Shown: positions 18,004 to 27,674, counted from the first letter of the stretch. The stretch: DNA of 64,000 nucleotides from a bacterium (GCA_963651445.1 CAVJPU010000002.1:97489-161488), one strand, 5' to 3'. A program made the numbers and translations. Notes: generated by a model from the letters alone, not told the origin.

Positions 18004-18251
18004 TTTAATGTCACTATGAAATGTCTAATTGATTTGTTTGCTTTTGAACATAACCGTTTAGCATATTTGGTTTCGTCCATTGCTTCTACTTTTGTTAGCA
18101 AATTCTTTTGGGCAGGGTTCAAATGTTTAAAACTCTGCAAGAAATGGATTGCTGAGGCCCAGATATCAATTTCAGCGCCATAGTTATCATGGCCTTTTGA
18201 CCATGCTTGGCGCTGGATATTTAAAATTGATTGTATTTTTGATTGGTCCAT
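18000..18251 (-). CDS. Hypothetical protein
   Basis: 83-aa ORF. Confidence 0.55.
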   Translation of the reverse strand: MDQSKIQSILNIQRQAWSKGHDNYGAEIDIWASAIHFLQSFKHLNPAQKNLLTKVEAMDETKYAKRLCSKANKSIRHFIVTLK

Positions 18252-18304
18252 TTTATAGATCCTTATGTTAGTTATAAGGATATTTATAAAATGTTTAAAA
18301 TTGA

Positions 18305-18628
18305 TTATTTATAGACACATGCAATATTACGATAATGGCACGTAATATATTTTTCATCTAAATCTTTTTCTTTAGCTGTTCCGTATGCTACATCGGGGTG
18401 TGGCACATTTAATTTTTCGCCTAGTGGAAATGGGCAGCTATCACCAATTTCGAATAAACCTTTTGGTACATTAGGCCCTAAAGCAAAGATTTCGCAAATT
18501 TTAGGAATTTCGCCTTGTTCACGAATCCCGATCACAATACCTGACGGAGAAGTGATTTCTGTACCTGCAGAACGCGCTACTGCCTTTAATACTACATATT
18601 CACCTAATGCAACGATTTCTTTTGACAT
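18305..18628 (-). CDS. 31: Head assembly co-chaperonin gp31 (GroES-like)
   Basis: Colinear with remembered T4 gp31 (GEYVVLK..., QGEIPKICEIFALGPNVPKG..., NVPHPDVAYG..., YITCHYRNIACVYK vs FVTCHYKAIPCLYK). Confidence 0.9.
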   Translation of the reverse strand: MSKEIVALGEYVVLKAVARSAGTEITSPSGIVIGIREQGEIPKICEIFALGPNVPKGLFEIGDSCPFPLGEKLNVPHPDVAYGTAKEKDLDEKYITCHYRNIACVYK

Positions 18629-18631
18629 GAT

Positions 18632-18964
18632 TTATCCTTCAATAATAATTTGAGCTTTTGTTAATAATGTATTGATATTTATACCATCTACACCAATAAG
18701 CCCACTAAATGAAAAGGACTTCCATGATTTGCTAGTAGTATCATACACACTAAGTTTATCTGTGCTTTCGGCAATTTGGCGAGTACCAGAAGTGTATTCT
18801 GTTAAAATTGAACGAGGATCGCGTGTTGCCTTTAGCACTCGAATTTCGCCATTTTTCTTTTCGAAAACTACTTCATGGACACCGGCCGAAAGAACGACTT
18901 TAAGGTATTCACGAAATTTAATTTTATCGGTTTCTGTTAATAAAACGTTCATTTTACTCTCCAC
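18632..18964 (-). CDS. Hypothetical protein (possible small SH3-like beta-barrel, VVFEKKNGEIRVLKATRDP)
   Basis: 110-aa ORF between cd and 31. The motif is reminiscent of DUF2693-type phage proteins, which is a weak basis. Confidence 0.5.
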   Translation of the reverse strand: MESKMNVLLTETDKIKFREYLKVVLSAGVHEVVFEKKNGEIRVLKATRDPRSILTEYTSGTRQIAESTDKLSVYDTTSKSWKSFSFSGLIGVDGININTLLTKAQIIIEG

Positions 18965-19502
18965 AATAATTGTTGATATACGTCCAGTCGAGATTCTTTA
19001 AATTCATTTTGTTTATTGAATATACAGTAATCCCAGCACTCAATAAGATTTCCTGCCATCCTGGTTCATTTTTGTCGTATAACTCAGAATACACTAATTG
19101 CTTTATTCCGGAATTGGCAATAGCTTTTGCACATTCCGAGCACGGGCTAAGAGTGACGTACATTGTTGCACCATCAATAGATGTGCCGTTTTTAGCTGCG
19201 TATAAAATGGCATTAAGCTCAGCATGAATTTCATTTAATTTACTCCAAGATGAATGGTCTGCTCTGCACTCGGATTTTAAAACCATACGGTTATTATGCG
19301 GTGGAACTGAAGTGTATCTTGGTGATAACCAATTTTCGTCTTTAGCGTGATCACAACAATTAATACCACCGCTTGGCGATCCATTATATCCAGTAGAAAT
19401 AATTCTACCGTTTTTTGCAATAACTGCGCCAACTTTCCAAGATACACATTTTGATTCTTGAGATACGAGATATGCAATTTGCATTAACGTGCTTGATTTC
19501 AT
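18954..19502 (-). CDS. cd: dCMP deaminase
   Basis: Zinc motifs HAELNAI and PCSECAKAI; T4 position between pseT and 31. Confidence 0.9.
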   Translation of the reverse strand: MKSSTLMQIAYLVSQESKCVSWKVGAVIAKNGRIISTGYNGSPSGGINCCDHAKDENWLSPRYTSVPPHNNRMVLKSECRADHSSWSKLNEIHAELNAILYAAKNGTSIDGATMYVTLSPCSECAKAIANSGIKQLVYSELYDKNEPGWQEILLSAGITVYSINKMNLKNLDWTYINNYCGE

Positions 19503-19762
19503 ATTTTTACACCTAAAGCATTTTCAATATTTGCAATAACTAGCGATGCCGCTTTAATCGTTTGCCATTGCACCTCGGATAAAGTGGTTTGACTACGTTC
19601 TTCCCATTTATACGTTCGACGATATTCGACTCGTTCATAAAGAATTCCATCAATGGCACGATATTCACCTAAAATATCATTCATAGCGCGAATAGTAATT
19701 TCTGCAAGTTTTGTGGATGGCAACTCAATTGTTTGTGGTATTGTTACAAAATGATTTGGCAT
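19499..19762 (-). CDS. Hypothetical protein
   Basis: 87-aa ORF with 4-nt overlap with cd. Confidence 0.55.
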   Translation of the reverse strand: MPNHFVTIPQTIELPSTKLAEITIRAMNDILGEYRAIDGILYERVEYRRTYKWEERSQTTLSEVQWQTIKAASLVIANIENALGVKI

Positions 19763-19790
19763 AGATAACCCTGGTTTACTTGGTATGACT

Positions 19791-19819
19791 ATTATATACC
19801 ATAATCATACCAAAGTTAA
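19791..19819 (-). promoter_or_regulatory. Early-type promoter TTAACT-N17-TATAAT
   Basis: -10 at 19791-19796 and -35 at 19814-19819 on the minus strand. Confidence 0.4.
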
Positions 19820-19824
19820 TTTAT

Positions 19825-20154
19825 TTAACAAATTATAATGAGTAAATATCTGGAGTTTGCAGTATCAACCACAGCGAGATCTGAGTCAATAGGTTCATAT
19901 GAAGTTATACGTGAAGTTGTGATAAAATCGGCATCCTCAAATCGTTCCGTTGAATCACTAAAAATGAATCCTGTCAAATAACTACCTAAACGTCTGCCGA
20001 TAACGACTGCATCACTGCCGGTATCACTTACGAGTTGTTCTATATCTAATTCGCTTCTGACAGTCTCCATAACTTCGGCAGAGTTATGATAAATGTTTCG
20101 ATTGTCATTGAAATCGTATGCGGTTATTAATGATTTTACTAATAATGTTGTCAT
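19825..20154 (-). CDS. Hypothetical protein
   Basis: 109-aa ORF. Confidence 0.55.
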   Translation of the reverse strand: MTTLLVKSLITAYDFNDNRNIYHNSAEVMETVRSELDIEQLVSDTGSDAVVIGRRLGSYLTGFIFSDSTERFEDADFITTSRITSYEPIDSDLAVVDTANSRYLLIIIC

Positions 20155-20155
20155 A

Positions 20156-20371
20156 TTAAACTCCTGTTAATAATTTGTAGGCTAATGCTACTGGTACAAA
20201 AATCAATACAATAGGCACTAGTACACACACAACTGCGAATCCGCCGTCTTGTAATGCCTCTATTGCGCGAGGCTTTAATTCTTCAAACGGGTTTGAAGCA
20301 AAGCTTATTGTAGTTATAGTAACAAATGTGGCCCATACTACTATAACAATTGCCGCGGCTAATCCTAACAT
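20156..20371 (-). CDS. Small membrane protein (two hydrophobic helices)
   Basis: 71 aa, LGLAAAIVIVVWATFVTITTI and FAVVCVLVPIVLIFVPVALAY. Confidence 0.55.
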   Translation of the reverse strand: MLGLAAAIVIVVWATFVTITTISFASNPFEELKPRAIEALQDGGFAVVCVLVPIVLIFVPVALAYKLLTGV

Positions 20372-21297
20372 TAAAATTCTCCAAAGTTACATTGTAAACA
20401 ATTTACGCCGATTCGTCTCCACATTTCCACTACTTGGTCACGATCATCTACAGCTACTTCAACGTTATATTTAGGTGCAATATGTTCCCAAAAGATTTCT
20501 TCCTTAACAATATCGTCTTTTCGAAAATCATTATGGGCTCGCATATATAACCCATGGAATGGGATATTATTACCAATTAACCATTGACTTGTTAGTTCCC
20601 GGAACTTGTTATTAGCTTGTTCATTTCCAGAATTTCTGCCACTTACACAAATGATTCGATAGCCTTGTTTATGATACATCACTGCTAGATTTTTAACGAA
20701 TTCAATTGGAGTATCATTTACCAATTTTTCATATTCGAATGCGCCTCGATGGTTATTATCAGCCAAGGTCCCATCTAAATCAAAAATGACGGCCTTCGGC
20801 AGTTGATCATCCGGTTCGTATTGTACATGCGATTCTGTATACTTACGCATTTTCAAATACATAGATCGCAAAACGTCTTTTGGAACAGCTTTGTCACCAC
20901 GTTTTTGGTTACGTTTTTCTAGCTCAATCCATGGTACTTCAAATGTTTTAGTTACAAGTGATACACCCATCATTTTAACACCGGATGCTCTGATGCGGGC
21001 ATTCTTTGCGTCAACAATCGTTTTGTAACCATTGCGAGTTGTTTCATTTAGGTTGGTATCTGCGATAATCATTGTTTCAAAATGATCTTGTTCCAAGAAT
21101 TGTTCGAGTGCCTGTTTGACATGAGCGGTAACCGCTTGTTCTTTTGCTCTCGAATATTTGTACTCTCCACCGAACATCATTTGGCGCAAATTATCGCGAC
21201 AAACAATAAACGTTTTAGGGTCTTTAGCTTGTTGCTCGGCCCATGTGGATTTTCCTGATCCAGGAGCACCAATTGTTAAAATTACAGTCTTTTTCAT
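20371..21297 (-). CDS. pseT: Polynucleotide 5'-kinase / 3'-phosphatase
   Basis: P-loop GAPGSGKST and HAD phosphatase motif IFDLDGTLA. 308 aa (T4 301). Confidence 0.9.
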   Translation of the reverse strand: MKKTVILTIGAPGSGKSTWAEQQAKDPKTFIVCRDNLRQMMFGGEYKYSRAKEQAVTAHVKQALEQFLEQDHFETMIIADTNLNETTRNGYKTIVDAKNARIRASGVKMMGVSLVTKTFEVPWIELEKRNQKRGDKAVPKDVLRSMYLKMRKYTESHVQYEPDDQLPKAVIFDLDGTLADNNHRGAFEYEKLVNDTPIEFVKNLAVMYHKQGYRIICVSGRNSGNEQANNKFRELTSQWLIGNNIPFHGLYMRAHNDFRKDDIVKEEIFWEHIAPKYNVEVAVDDRDQVVEMWRRIGVNCLQCNFGEF

Positions 21298-21306
21298 GTG
21301 TGGTCC

Positions 21307-21621
21307 TTAATACACTTCATGGTGTAATAACTCTTTATAGTGTTCAATAGTATTATATACCAAATCACAAGGAGCTTTTAAATCCGATACCCATACCTTA
21401 AATATAGTCGGCAATTCGCTATATCCATTGATTTTAAACGGAATATATTCTTTAGTAAAATCAATAGTGCCATCTATTGAGATGTGTCCGTCGCAAAATG
21501 AGCCATGCCATAATCCATTGATTGTATAAAACTTAAACTCGTCTTCATTATAATCAAATCCAGAAGAAGTAACCAATAAATGATGGTGGTCATCTAAGCA
21601 AGCTAGAACTAATACACTCAT
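21307..21621 (-). CDS. Hypothetical protein
   Basis: 104-aa ORF. Confidence 0.55.
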   Translation of the reverse strand: MSVLVLACLDDHHHLLVTSSGFDYNEDEFKFYTINGLWHGSFCDGHISIDGTIDFTKEYIPFKINGYSELPTIFKVWVSDLKAPCDLVYNTIEHYKELLHHEVY

Positions 21622-21836
21622 AATTTTAAGATGCCATCTTCAATATGCTTGATGACGTATGCATACGCATCTTCAGAAGTCCCGTTAATGATGCCAATAG
21701 GAAGTTTTTCTACTTTATCACCGAACTTCGCTACCATAACTTGGCCGAATGATCTAGGATTGTCAATATCTTCATCAAACAGATAGTTTGCATAAAGGTC
21801 AGCAATATCAAATAGTGTAATCATATTATTTTCCAC
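21618..21836 (-). CDS. Hypothetical protein
   Basis: 72-aa ORF with overlapping stop/start on both sides. Confidence 0.5.
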   Translation of the reverse strand: MENNMITLFDIADLYANYLFDEDIDNPRSFGQVMVAKFGDKVEKLPIGIINGTSEDAYAYVIKHIEDGILKL

Positions 21837-22311
21837 AAAGTAAGTTAATTAGGTCACGCGCTTGATCATATTTTAATGCATCAAACAAGATATGGCGTTT
21901 AGACGTAGAAGGACGTCCTTCAATGCCGGCAATTTGCTGCATTTCATCAAAAGTTAATTCAGAATGCATAATCCCCAATTGGATATATTCCGTTGGGCCA
22001 CAAATAATGTAACATTTACATCCATTTATATGAACATTTGGCTGTGTTCGGTTAATAAACACTTCGCCATTTTTAATATTTTCTTCAAAATATTTTTTGG
22101 CATCTTTGATACTATCATTTTTTAATAAGTCAGCGTGGAATTTCTGCTTTTCCTTTTTGTCGCAAAGCGCTTGAGTTTTCAAATATTCTTTACGAAGATC
22201 AGCAAAATAGCCAACGCGTTTACCATTTTTAAAAACGCTACACCAATCAGCCGAGTCGCCATAAATTTCTGTTAAAACTTCTGCTGTTAGAGTATATGCC
22301 GTGTGTTTCAT
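21826..22311 (-). CDS. Hypothetical protein (occupies the T4 alc position between pseT and rnlA)
   Basis: 161 aa. Position only; no motif recognised. Confidence 0.5.
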   Translation of the reverse strand: MKHTAYTLTAEVLTEIYGDSADWCSVFKNGKRVGYFADLRKEYLKTQALCDKKEKQKFHADLLKNDSIKDAKKYFEENIKNGEVFINRTQPNVHINGCKCYIICGPTEYIQLGIMHSELTFDEMQQIAGIEGRPSTSKRHILFDALKYDQARDLINLLCGK

Positions 22312-22344
22312 AATAATTCCTTCATTTCAATTTAGTATGAGGCT

Positions 22345-22373
22345 ATTATAAACAATAATGCGAATAAAGTAAA
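22345..22373 (-). promoter_or_regulatory. Early promoter TTTACT-N17-TATAAT
   Basis: -10 at 22345-22350; -35 at 22368-22373, lying in the loop/arm of the 17-bp hairpin. Confidence 0.5.
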
Positions 22374-22391
22374 CACTTTATTCGCATTATT
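22354..22391 (-). terminator. 17-bp perfect inverted repeat (AATAATGCGAATAAAGT-aaac-ACTTTATTCGCATTATT), likely terminator
   Basis: Immediately downstream of the 22392 ORF stop on the minus strand. Confidence 0.55.
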
Positions 22392-22604
22392 TTACAATTT
22401 AAATTTATCGAACCCACGTAATGTGCACGGTTCAACATTAATGTATACTATCTTAGGCTCACCACTATTTTTTAAATCAGTCCTAAGGCCAATTATTGTA
22501 CTCTTAGCTACAAATAACTCTATTTTAGCATTATCTACTACAGATTGCAATAGGACTATCTTTCGTAGCATTAAGCATATTATCACAACCAAGAGTACCA
22601 TCAT
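22392..22604 (-). CDS. Small membrane protein
   Basis: 70 aa with N-terminal hydrophobic helix MMVLLVVIICLML. Start overlaps the rnlA stop. Confidence 0.5.
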   Translation of the reverse strand: MMVLLVVIICLMLRKIVLLQSVVDNAKIELFVAKSTIIGLRTDLKNSGEPKIVYINVEPCTLRGFDKFKL

Positions 22605-23761
22605 TAAATTTCGCTCACTACAACATTAATGTATTCACTAGGGACATATTTTGAAGAATTCTTTAAGAATACTTCATTAATAGCTCCGACGATGTCATCC
22701 GCATCCAACGCTCCGGTGAATTGCTGCATAGAAATACCAAATAGCTCGAAGCGGCCCATTAGTTTAAATCGTTCTTGTGAATTTATTGCAAATGTTTTTC
22801 TATCTTTGCCTCTAAATTCTGCATAAAATTTATTCAACTCTAATAATGAATCGGTCAAGTATTTAAAGAATACTCGTTCGAATGCATCGATTTTAGTTAT
22901 TGATGCTTCATCATTAAACATGGTTTTTAAATCATCTGATGCACCGCCAACAACAGTCATGAATAAAGCTTCATTATTGTTTAGTGTATCCTTGACAGCG
23001 TGGAGAGATTTATACCAATCTGTTTTTAATTTGAATACCGTATCGTCTTCCATAACGAATACGTAGCCTTCAATACCTTCTGTGGCAATAATATCATTGA
23101 TTGTTTCTTCTGGGTTTTCGGAATTGAAAACAAATCGACCGACAAGATATTTTCTTAGGACCGGGTCTTTTCGTAATTCTTCATAAGAAACATATTCGCC
23201 AGTATTATTTTCTCGAACGTTTAAAAGAACTAAGTCCTTTTGAGAGTATTCGATAACAATTCGATTGTTTGGCGCAACGTATTCAAAGTTACAAGTGAAT
23301 CCATCTTTTGCTAGTTCAAGACATCGGTCATATAACTCTTTGTTATTGTAATCCAATAACACTTGATGAGATTCTACTGCTTGAGTCGAAAAAATAGAAG
23401 ATTTTGATTTGGTTCGAAGAGTCCCATTATCTTCATATGTAGAAATCAATGAGCCATCTTCTTTGGTTGTACCATACAAAATTTTAGAAAGATCAAGATC
23501 AATAGTAAATGGATTCTCATTTAAGTTAAAGAACTTTTGCATAGGGCGACTCATGATACGAACAGGTTCTTCGCCATCCATTTCAAACATGATGCCGCGA
23601 GATTCTAATGCGTTTGGCTTTAACCAATCTTCATATGAAGCATAGTTATATGTAAAAATACGAACATTAGTGCCAAACGGAGTAACAAAGTCTTTGTAGA
23701 AAAATTTAGTGTATGAACCTTTTTCTACAAGTGCAATTAAGTCATTATACAGTTCGTTCAT
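22604..23761 (-). CDS. rnlA: RNA ligase 1 (gp63 / RnlA)
   Basis: Colinear with remembered T4 RnlA (RIFTYNYASYEDWLKPNALESRGIMFEMDGEEPVRIMSRPMQKFFNLNENPFT, KEDGSLIS with lysine nucleotidyl-transfer motif, GFTCNFEYVAPNNRIV). Confidence 0.92.
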   Translation of the reverse strand: MNELYNDLIALVEKGSYTKFFYKDFVTPFGTNVRIFTYNYASYEDWLKPNALESRGIMFEMDGEEPVRIMSRPMQKFFNLNENPFTIDLDLSKILYGTTKEDGSLISTYEDNGTLRTKSKSSIFSTQAVESHQVLLDYNNKELYDRCLELAKDGFTCNFEYVAPNNRIVIEYSQKDLVLLNVRENNTGEYVSYEELRKDPVLRKYLVGRFVFNSENPEETINDIIATEGIEGYVFVMEDDTVFKLKTDWYKSLHAVKDTLNNNEALFMTVVGGASDDLKTMFNDEASITKIDAFERVFFKYLTDSLLELNKFYAEFRGKDRKTFAINSQERFKLMGRFELFGISMQQFTGALDADDIVGAINEVFLKNSSKYVPSEYINVVVSEI

Positions 23762-23773
23762 TGTGCCTCCTAA

Positions 23774-23792
23774 AAGAGGGCTAAGCCCTCTT
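23774..23792 (-). other. Stem-loop AAGAGGGC-tta-GCCCTCTT just 5' of the rnlA RBS
   Basis: 8-bp GC-rich hairpin between the glutaredoxin-like gene and rnlA. Could be a weak terminator or a processing/stability element. Confidence 0.4.
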
Positions 23793-23806
23793 GGTTTTAA
23801 TCAAGA

Positions 23807-24031
23807 TTAAACAGTTTTCAAAAGATTTGTCAATTGTGGTAAACTTCCTACCAGTACGCCGTCATTAAAAACTACAGGAAAACTTCGAACATTTGGAACT
23901 AATTCTTTTAATTCCGCTAATGTGAAGTCTTCTTCCTCCATCTTAACTTCGAATTCTTGATTTTTTAGCTCTAAAAGAACTTTAGCTTTGACGCAGTTTG
24001 CACAATCTTGACGGCTATATACTGTAAACAT
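23807..24031 (-). CDS. Glutaredoxin/NrdH-like redoxin
   Basis: 74 aa, N-terminal CANC (CxxC) after a beta-strand (FTVYSRQDCANCVKAK), adjacent to nrdB. Confidence 0.7.
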   Translation of the reverse strand: MFTVYSRQDCANCVKAKVLLELKNQEFEVKMEEEDFTLAELKELVPNVRSFPVVFNDGVLVGSLPQLTNLLKTV

Positions 24032-24041
24032 TTTATTTTCC

Positions 24042-25151
24042 TTAAAAGTTATAAATTACTGTTGCATCGTTATAATCAATAACGTTGACTTTGTACGCTG
24101 TGTTATTTGTTTCTTGGTTTGCTTGTTGAGATTTATTTATGTCAATCCAGTTGTCCATATGTGGTAATGGATTGTCTTTCGGCAATTCAAATCCAATCTC
24201 GTCTTCTGTAAAGCCAAAGTTTGTAGCAATAGGGCCCGCATTGTATAATGCCCATTTGAACAATAGATCAGAATTTAAACCAGTAATAGAACGAGTTCCA
24301 TTGCGGAAAATGTCATTTGAGAATTTTTGTTGGGCATTAATTACATCAACTAAAACTTCAATCATTAAAGGACGTAAGTTTTCAAATGCAAGTTTTCCTT
24401 CAGGAGTCGATAAAATTTGTTTAATGACTTCCAAACGATACTCACAATGAACTTCAAATTCATCTTGGCAAATCTTTTTGATAGCATTACCGATTGATTG
24501 GAAAACACCAGATTGGCAAATAGTAAATGTTACGCCGAATGATGACATGAACTGAAGTCGTTCAATAATATACATAACAAAATAAAATAACAGCATGTGT
24601 TCAACTTTTTCTAGATCAGTAAAATGATCAGGACCAAAGTAATTTAATGCTGCTGATTTTTTCTGTAAGTCAGCTAAAACTCGTCCAACAACACCTAAAA
24701 GTTCATGTGTATGGCGAAGATTCGTCATAGTCTTAAGGACTTCTTTTGGATCCTCAAAAGACATTTTAACAATTTCTGAATATGTGGCACTATGAATCGT
24801 TTCATTGTCATTGATACGAAGTTCTGCTGCAATAATTTCCGAACAAGGTTTATATGGACTAATTAGTGCAAATGGAACCTGTGTTGCAACCGAATCGGTT
24901 TCCCATTGGAATGCCAACTGTTCAATCATGATATCAGAAACATCACTATGAACTTTCTTAAAATCAATCAACGTTTGAGAATGATCGAATTCATCTTCTG
25001 ACCAATCCAAAACCTTCATTTCTTTATACAAATCCCAGATTTTATCGAATCGGCGATTAATTGTATCTACAAGTGCAACACCTTCATCGGAATTTCCAAA
25101 AAGGGTTACATTTGAATACTCTTCAACTGTTTTGTTAATATTAAAAATCAT
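24042..25151 (-). CDS. nrdB: Ribonucleotide reductase class Ia beta subunit
   Basis: 369 aa, iron-ligand-type helices (ETIHSATYSEIV, EFEVHCEY), position next to nrdA. Confidence 0.88.
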   Translation of the reverse strand: MIFNINKTVEEYSNVTLFGNSDEGVALVDTINRRFDKIWDLYKEMKVLDWSEDEFDHSQTLIDFKKVHSDVSDIMIEQLAFQWETDSVATQVPFALISPYKPCSEIIAAELRINDNETIHSATYSEIVKMSFEDPKEVLKTMTNLRHTHELLGVVGRVLADLQKKSAALNYFGPDHFTDLEKVEHMLLFYFVMYIIERLQFMSSFGVTFTICQSGVFQSIGNAIKKICQDEFEVHCEYRLEVIKQILSTPEGKLAFENLRPLMIEVLVDVINAQQKFSNDIFRNGTRSITGLNSDLLFKWALYNAGPIATNFGFTEDEIGFELPKDNPLPHMDNWIDINKSQQANQETNNTAYKVNVIDYNDATVIYNF

Positions 25152-25194
25152 ATGTTATACCTCTAAAATTATTATAATATGTTAAACTGAAAGC

Positions 25195-25214
25195 AATTGG
25201 GCCGAAGCCCAATT
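25195..25214 (-). other. Intercistronic stem-loop AATTGGGC-UUCG-GCCCAATT (nrdA-nrdB)
   Basis: 8-bp stem with a UUCG tetraloop on the mRNA strand. Confidence 0.5.
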
Positions 25215-25216
25215 TA

Positions 25217-27505
25217 TCATAACTTACATCCAGCACATTCACCATCACTAACTCCGTACTCATCGTTGACCAATACTTCCGTATCGGACAATGATTTTCC
25301 TTTACCAGTGAGGCTATTTAGATAATAACGTGTAGGTACACCATACTTAACCATTCCAAAGAATCCACGTAATAAATCATGAGACTTAACTTTGGTTGTT
25401 CCTTGAACGGCATAGTACAAATCAGCAGAGATTGTTTGATCTGTCCATTTTTGAATGATTGCATAGTCTTTAATAAGATCTTCTACATCAATGCTAAAGG
25501 CCATTTCGTAATCATCTCGCAATGTATCAGAATCTGGTACAACGTATGCATACGATAATGTATCATTGCCTTTCTTCAAATCGATATCACGTACTGGATA
25601 TACACCATTGGTTGTACCTGATTTGATAGATGAGCTTTCGGCTGGCATATGAGCTGCTAATACCGAGAATGCATGACCGCCATTAGCTTTAATTCTAGCT
25701 CTCATTTCTTCCCAATCAAATTGATTGGGGACAGTAACCAATTCATCTACTGATTTGCGATAAGTATCAATAGGTAACCAACCATCAGGCCAAGCGGTTT
25801 TGTGCATCCACGGTGCATTACCAAATTCTTTAGATAATTCTAGAGAAGCTTCTAATAAGTACCAATAGTGGCGTTCAGCAACTTGGTGAATAAAGTCTCT
25901 GCCTTCTTGAGTAGAATATTTTTTACCTTCTTTAGCCATAAGATGGGCCAAGTCTACAATACCAACTCCGGCTGACATACGAGCTTTAGAAGTAAATTCT
26001 ACTTGTTTGAATGGATAGCTTGTTTCTGTGATTGCTGTGTGGATCATATCCAAAGCAACCCATGCAGCTTCTTTGTTCTCTTCGAGAGAATTGATTTTAC
26101 CGTAAGAAATTCCGGCAATTGCACATGTTGCAACTTCACCATCGCCTTCGTCATAAGTATCTTTATACAATTCGATCACTGACTTATATGGTTTAGTAAC
26201 CAATGCAATTTCTTGGCATAAATTTGATTGACGAATAGGTTCTAAAAATGGCGTATGGCGATTTAACTCAGTCAAATTGGTCGTATACATTTGACCAACT
26301 TCTAGACTTTGAGTTAATGTTCTATTAAGAAGCGTACGGGCATTAATCGAAAGACGACTTGAAGGTCCATCAACTGCGGCTTTATACATTGCTTCGTATT
26401 TTGTAGGGTCTTTATCGCATAGGCCATCAAATAACTCTGGGTGGTCTTTAAATGAAAACAGGCAATATTCTAGACTTTTTGCTGCATAATTAGCAAAAAA
26501 CTCATTAAAACAGAATGAATAATCAAGACCACGCACTTGACGAGCAAGAGGCGTCATAGGATTTTTCATAGGAATAATAACAAGTGATTCTTTGTCAATA
26601 CAGTCAAAAAACTGATTTTCGGATCCACCACGTCCATTTTGCATGTTTGCATTAATCATTGCAACTTCTGCACGGTTGTAATTGATACGTCCTGCATGTG
26701 TGATAGTACCACCACGAACTTTATCACCGGATGCTCGTGTATAACTCTTAGAACCAATACCAGCGGATGCGGCAGTCATCATGTACGAAATATGATTGGC
26801 GGCAGCAAGTGATCCTAATGTATCAGTATTTGTATGTAAACAACATGATAAAAATCCTGATGAAGATGTTCCAGAATTCGTATAATATGGTGTTGGCACA
26901 TTGTTACGATCACTAGAATATCCATCATAATGACGTTTGATACGAGCAATACGAGAAGCACCTTTACCTTTATTCATACACATGCGCATAGCAACTCGCA
27001 TCATAGAAAATTGTGGAGTCTCGTAATAAATCTCATCTACACGATCCTTCAATGAATATTTTTCCATTGACTGTTTGATTTGGTAATGTGCAAGACCTAA
27101 ATCTCGGCTATGATCAATAATTTTGTTTAATTCTTCGTAATCTTTATATGAAAATGCATTAAAAAATGCTTTATCCATAATTCCGGCTTTAACAAGTTTT
27201 TTGAACACTGTTCTAATAGTAGGAATTTGGTCATTGTAAATCTGTTTGTACAATAAGCTAATATATAATCGCCCGGCCATTTGGTTGTATGCCCATGACG
27301 GCTTAGATAAACAATAATTGATTAATGTATTTTGTAACTCGGTTGTAGTTGTTTCTTCAGGAGATGTCGAAACGACATGAAGAACCGCATCAATCCAATC
27401 AACATTTGAATGGAGATTCTGCGAAGCCCAAATACCCCATCCGTTTAGTTTACTTGCATCAAATGCTTGTTTTTCACCGTTTCGCTTAATAATCGTCTTA
27501 ATCAC
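25217..27505 (-). CDS. nrdA: Ribonucleotide reductase class Ia alpha subunit
   Basis: ATP-cone start (IKTIIKRNGEKQAFDASKL), catalytic-region motifs, C-terminal CAGCKL redox pair. The track ORF begins at ATG 27571, but its first 22 codons look non-coding. GTG 27505 after AGGA is the likely start (uncertain). Confidence 0.9.
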   Translation of the reverse strand: MIKTIIKRNGEKQAFDASKLNGWGIWASQNLHSNVDWIDAVLHVVSTSPEETTTTELQNTLINYCLSKPSWAYNQMAGRLYISLLYKQIYNDQIPTIRTVFKKLVKAGIMDKAFFNAFSYKDYEELNKIIDHSRDLGLAHYQIKQSMEKYSLKDRVDEIYYETPQFSMMRVAMRMCMNKGKGASRIARIKRHYDGYSSDRNNVPTPYYTNSGTSSSGFLSCCLHTNTDTLGSLAAANHISYMMTAASAGIGSKSYTRASGDKVRGGTITHAGRINYNRAEVAMINANMQNGRGGSENQFFDCIDKESLVIIPMKNPMTPLARQVRGLDYSFCFNEFFANYAAKSLEYCLFSFKDHPELFDGLCDKDPTKYEAMYKAAVDGPSSRLSINARTLLNRTLTQSLEVGQMYTTNLTELNRHTPFLEPIRQSNLCQEIALVTKPYKSVIELYKDTYDEGDGEVATCAIAGISYGKINSLEENKEAAWVALDMIHTAITETSYPFKQVEFTSKARMSAGVGIVDLAHLMAKEGKKYSTQEGRDFIHQVAERHYWYLLEASLELSKEFGNAPWMHKTAWPDGWLPIDTYRKSVDELVTVPNQFDWEEMRARIKANGGHAFSVLAAHMPAESSSIKSGTTNGVYPVRDIDLKKGNDTLSYAYVVPDSDTLRDDYEMAFSIDVEDLIKDYAIIQKWTDQTISADLYYAVQGTTKVKSHDLLRGFFGMVKYGVPTRYYLNSLTGKGKSLSDTEVLVNDEYGVSDGECAGCKL

Positions 27506-27575
27506 TTTGTATAAATTCCTGCTTAAATTAATTAGTACTAAAAATAATTGGAAGTTAACAACTTCGATCAATTAT

Positions 27576-27616
27576 TTTATCGAGTAAAATTATTTATAGA
27601 TATTTTACTCGATAAA
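27576..27616 (-). other. Perfect 15-bp inverted repeat TTTATCGAGTAAAAT / ATTTTACTCGATAAA with 11-nt loop
   Basis: Lies in the td-nrdA intergenic region. On the minus strand the loop reads TATAAATA (27591-27598). Confidence 0.6.
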
Positions 27617-27674
27617 GGATTTTAAGTCATTTTAACATAAATTTCTTTTAAAAATATGCTTTAATAACAATACG

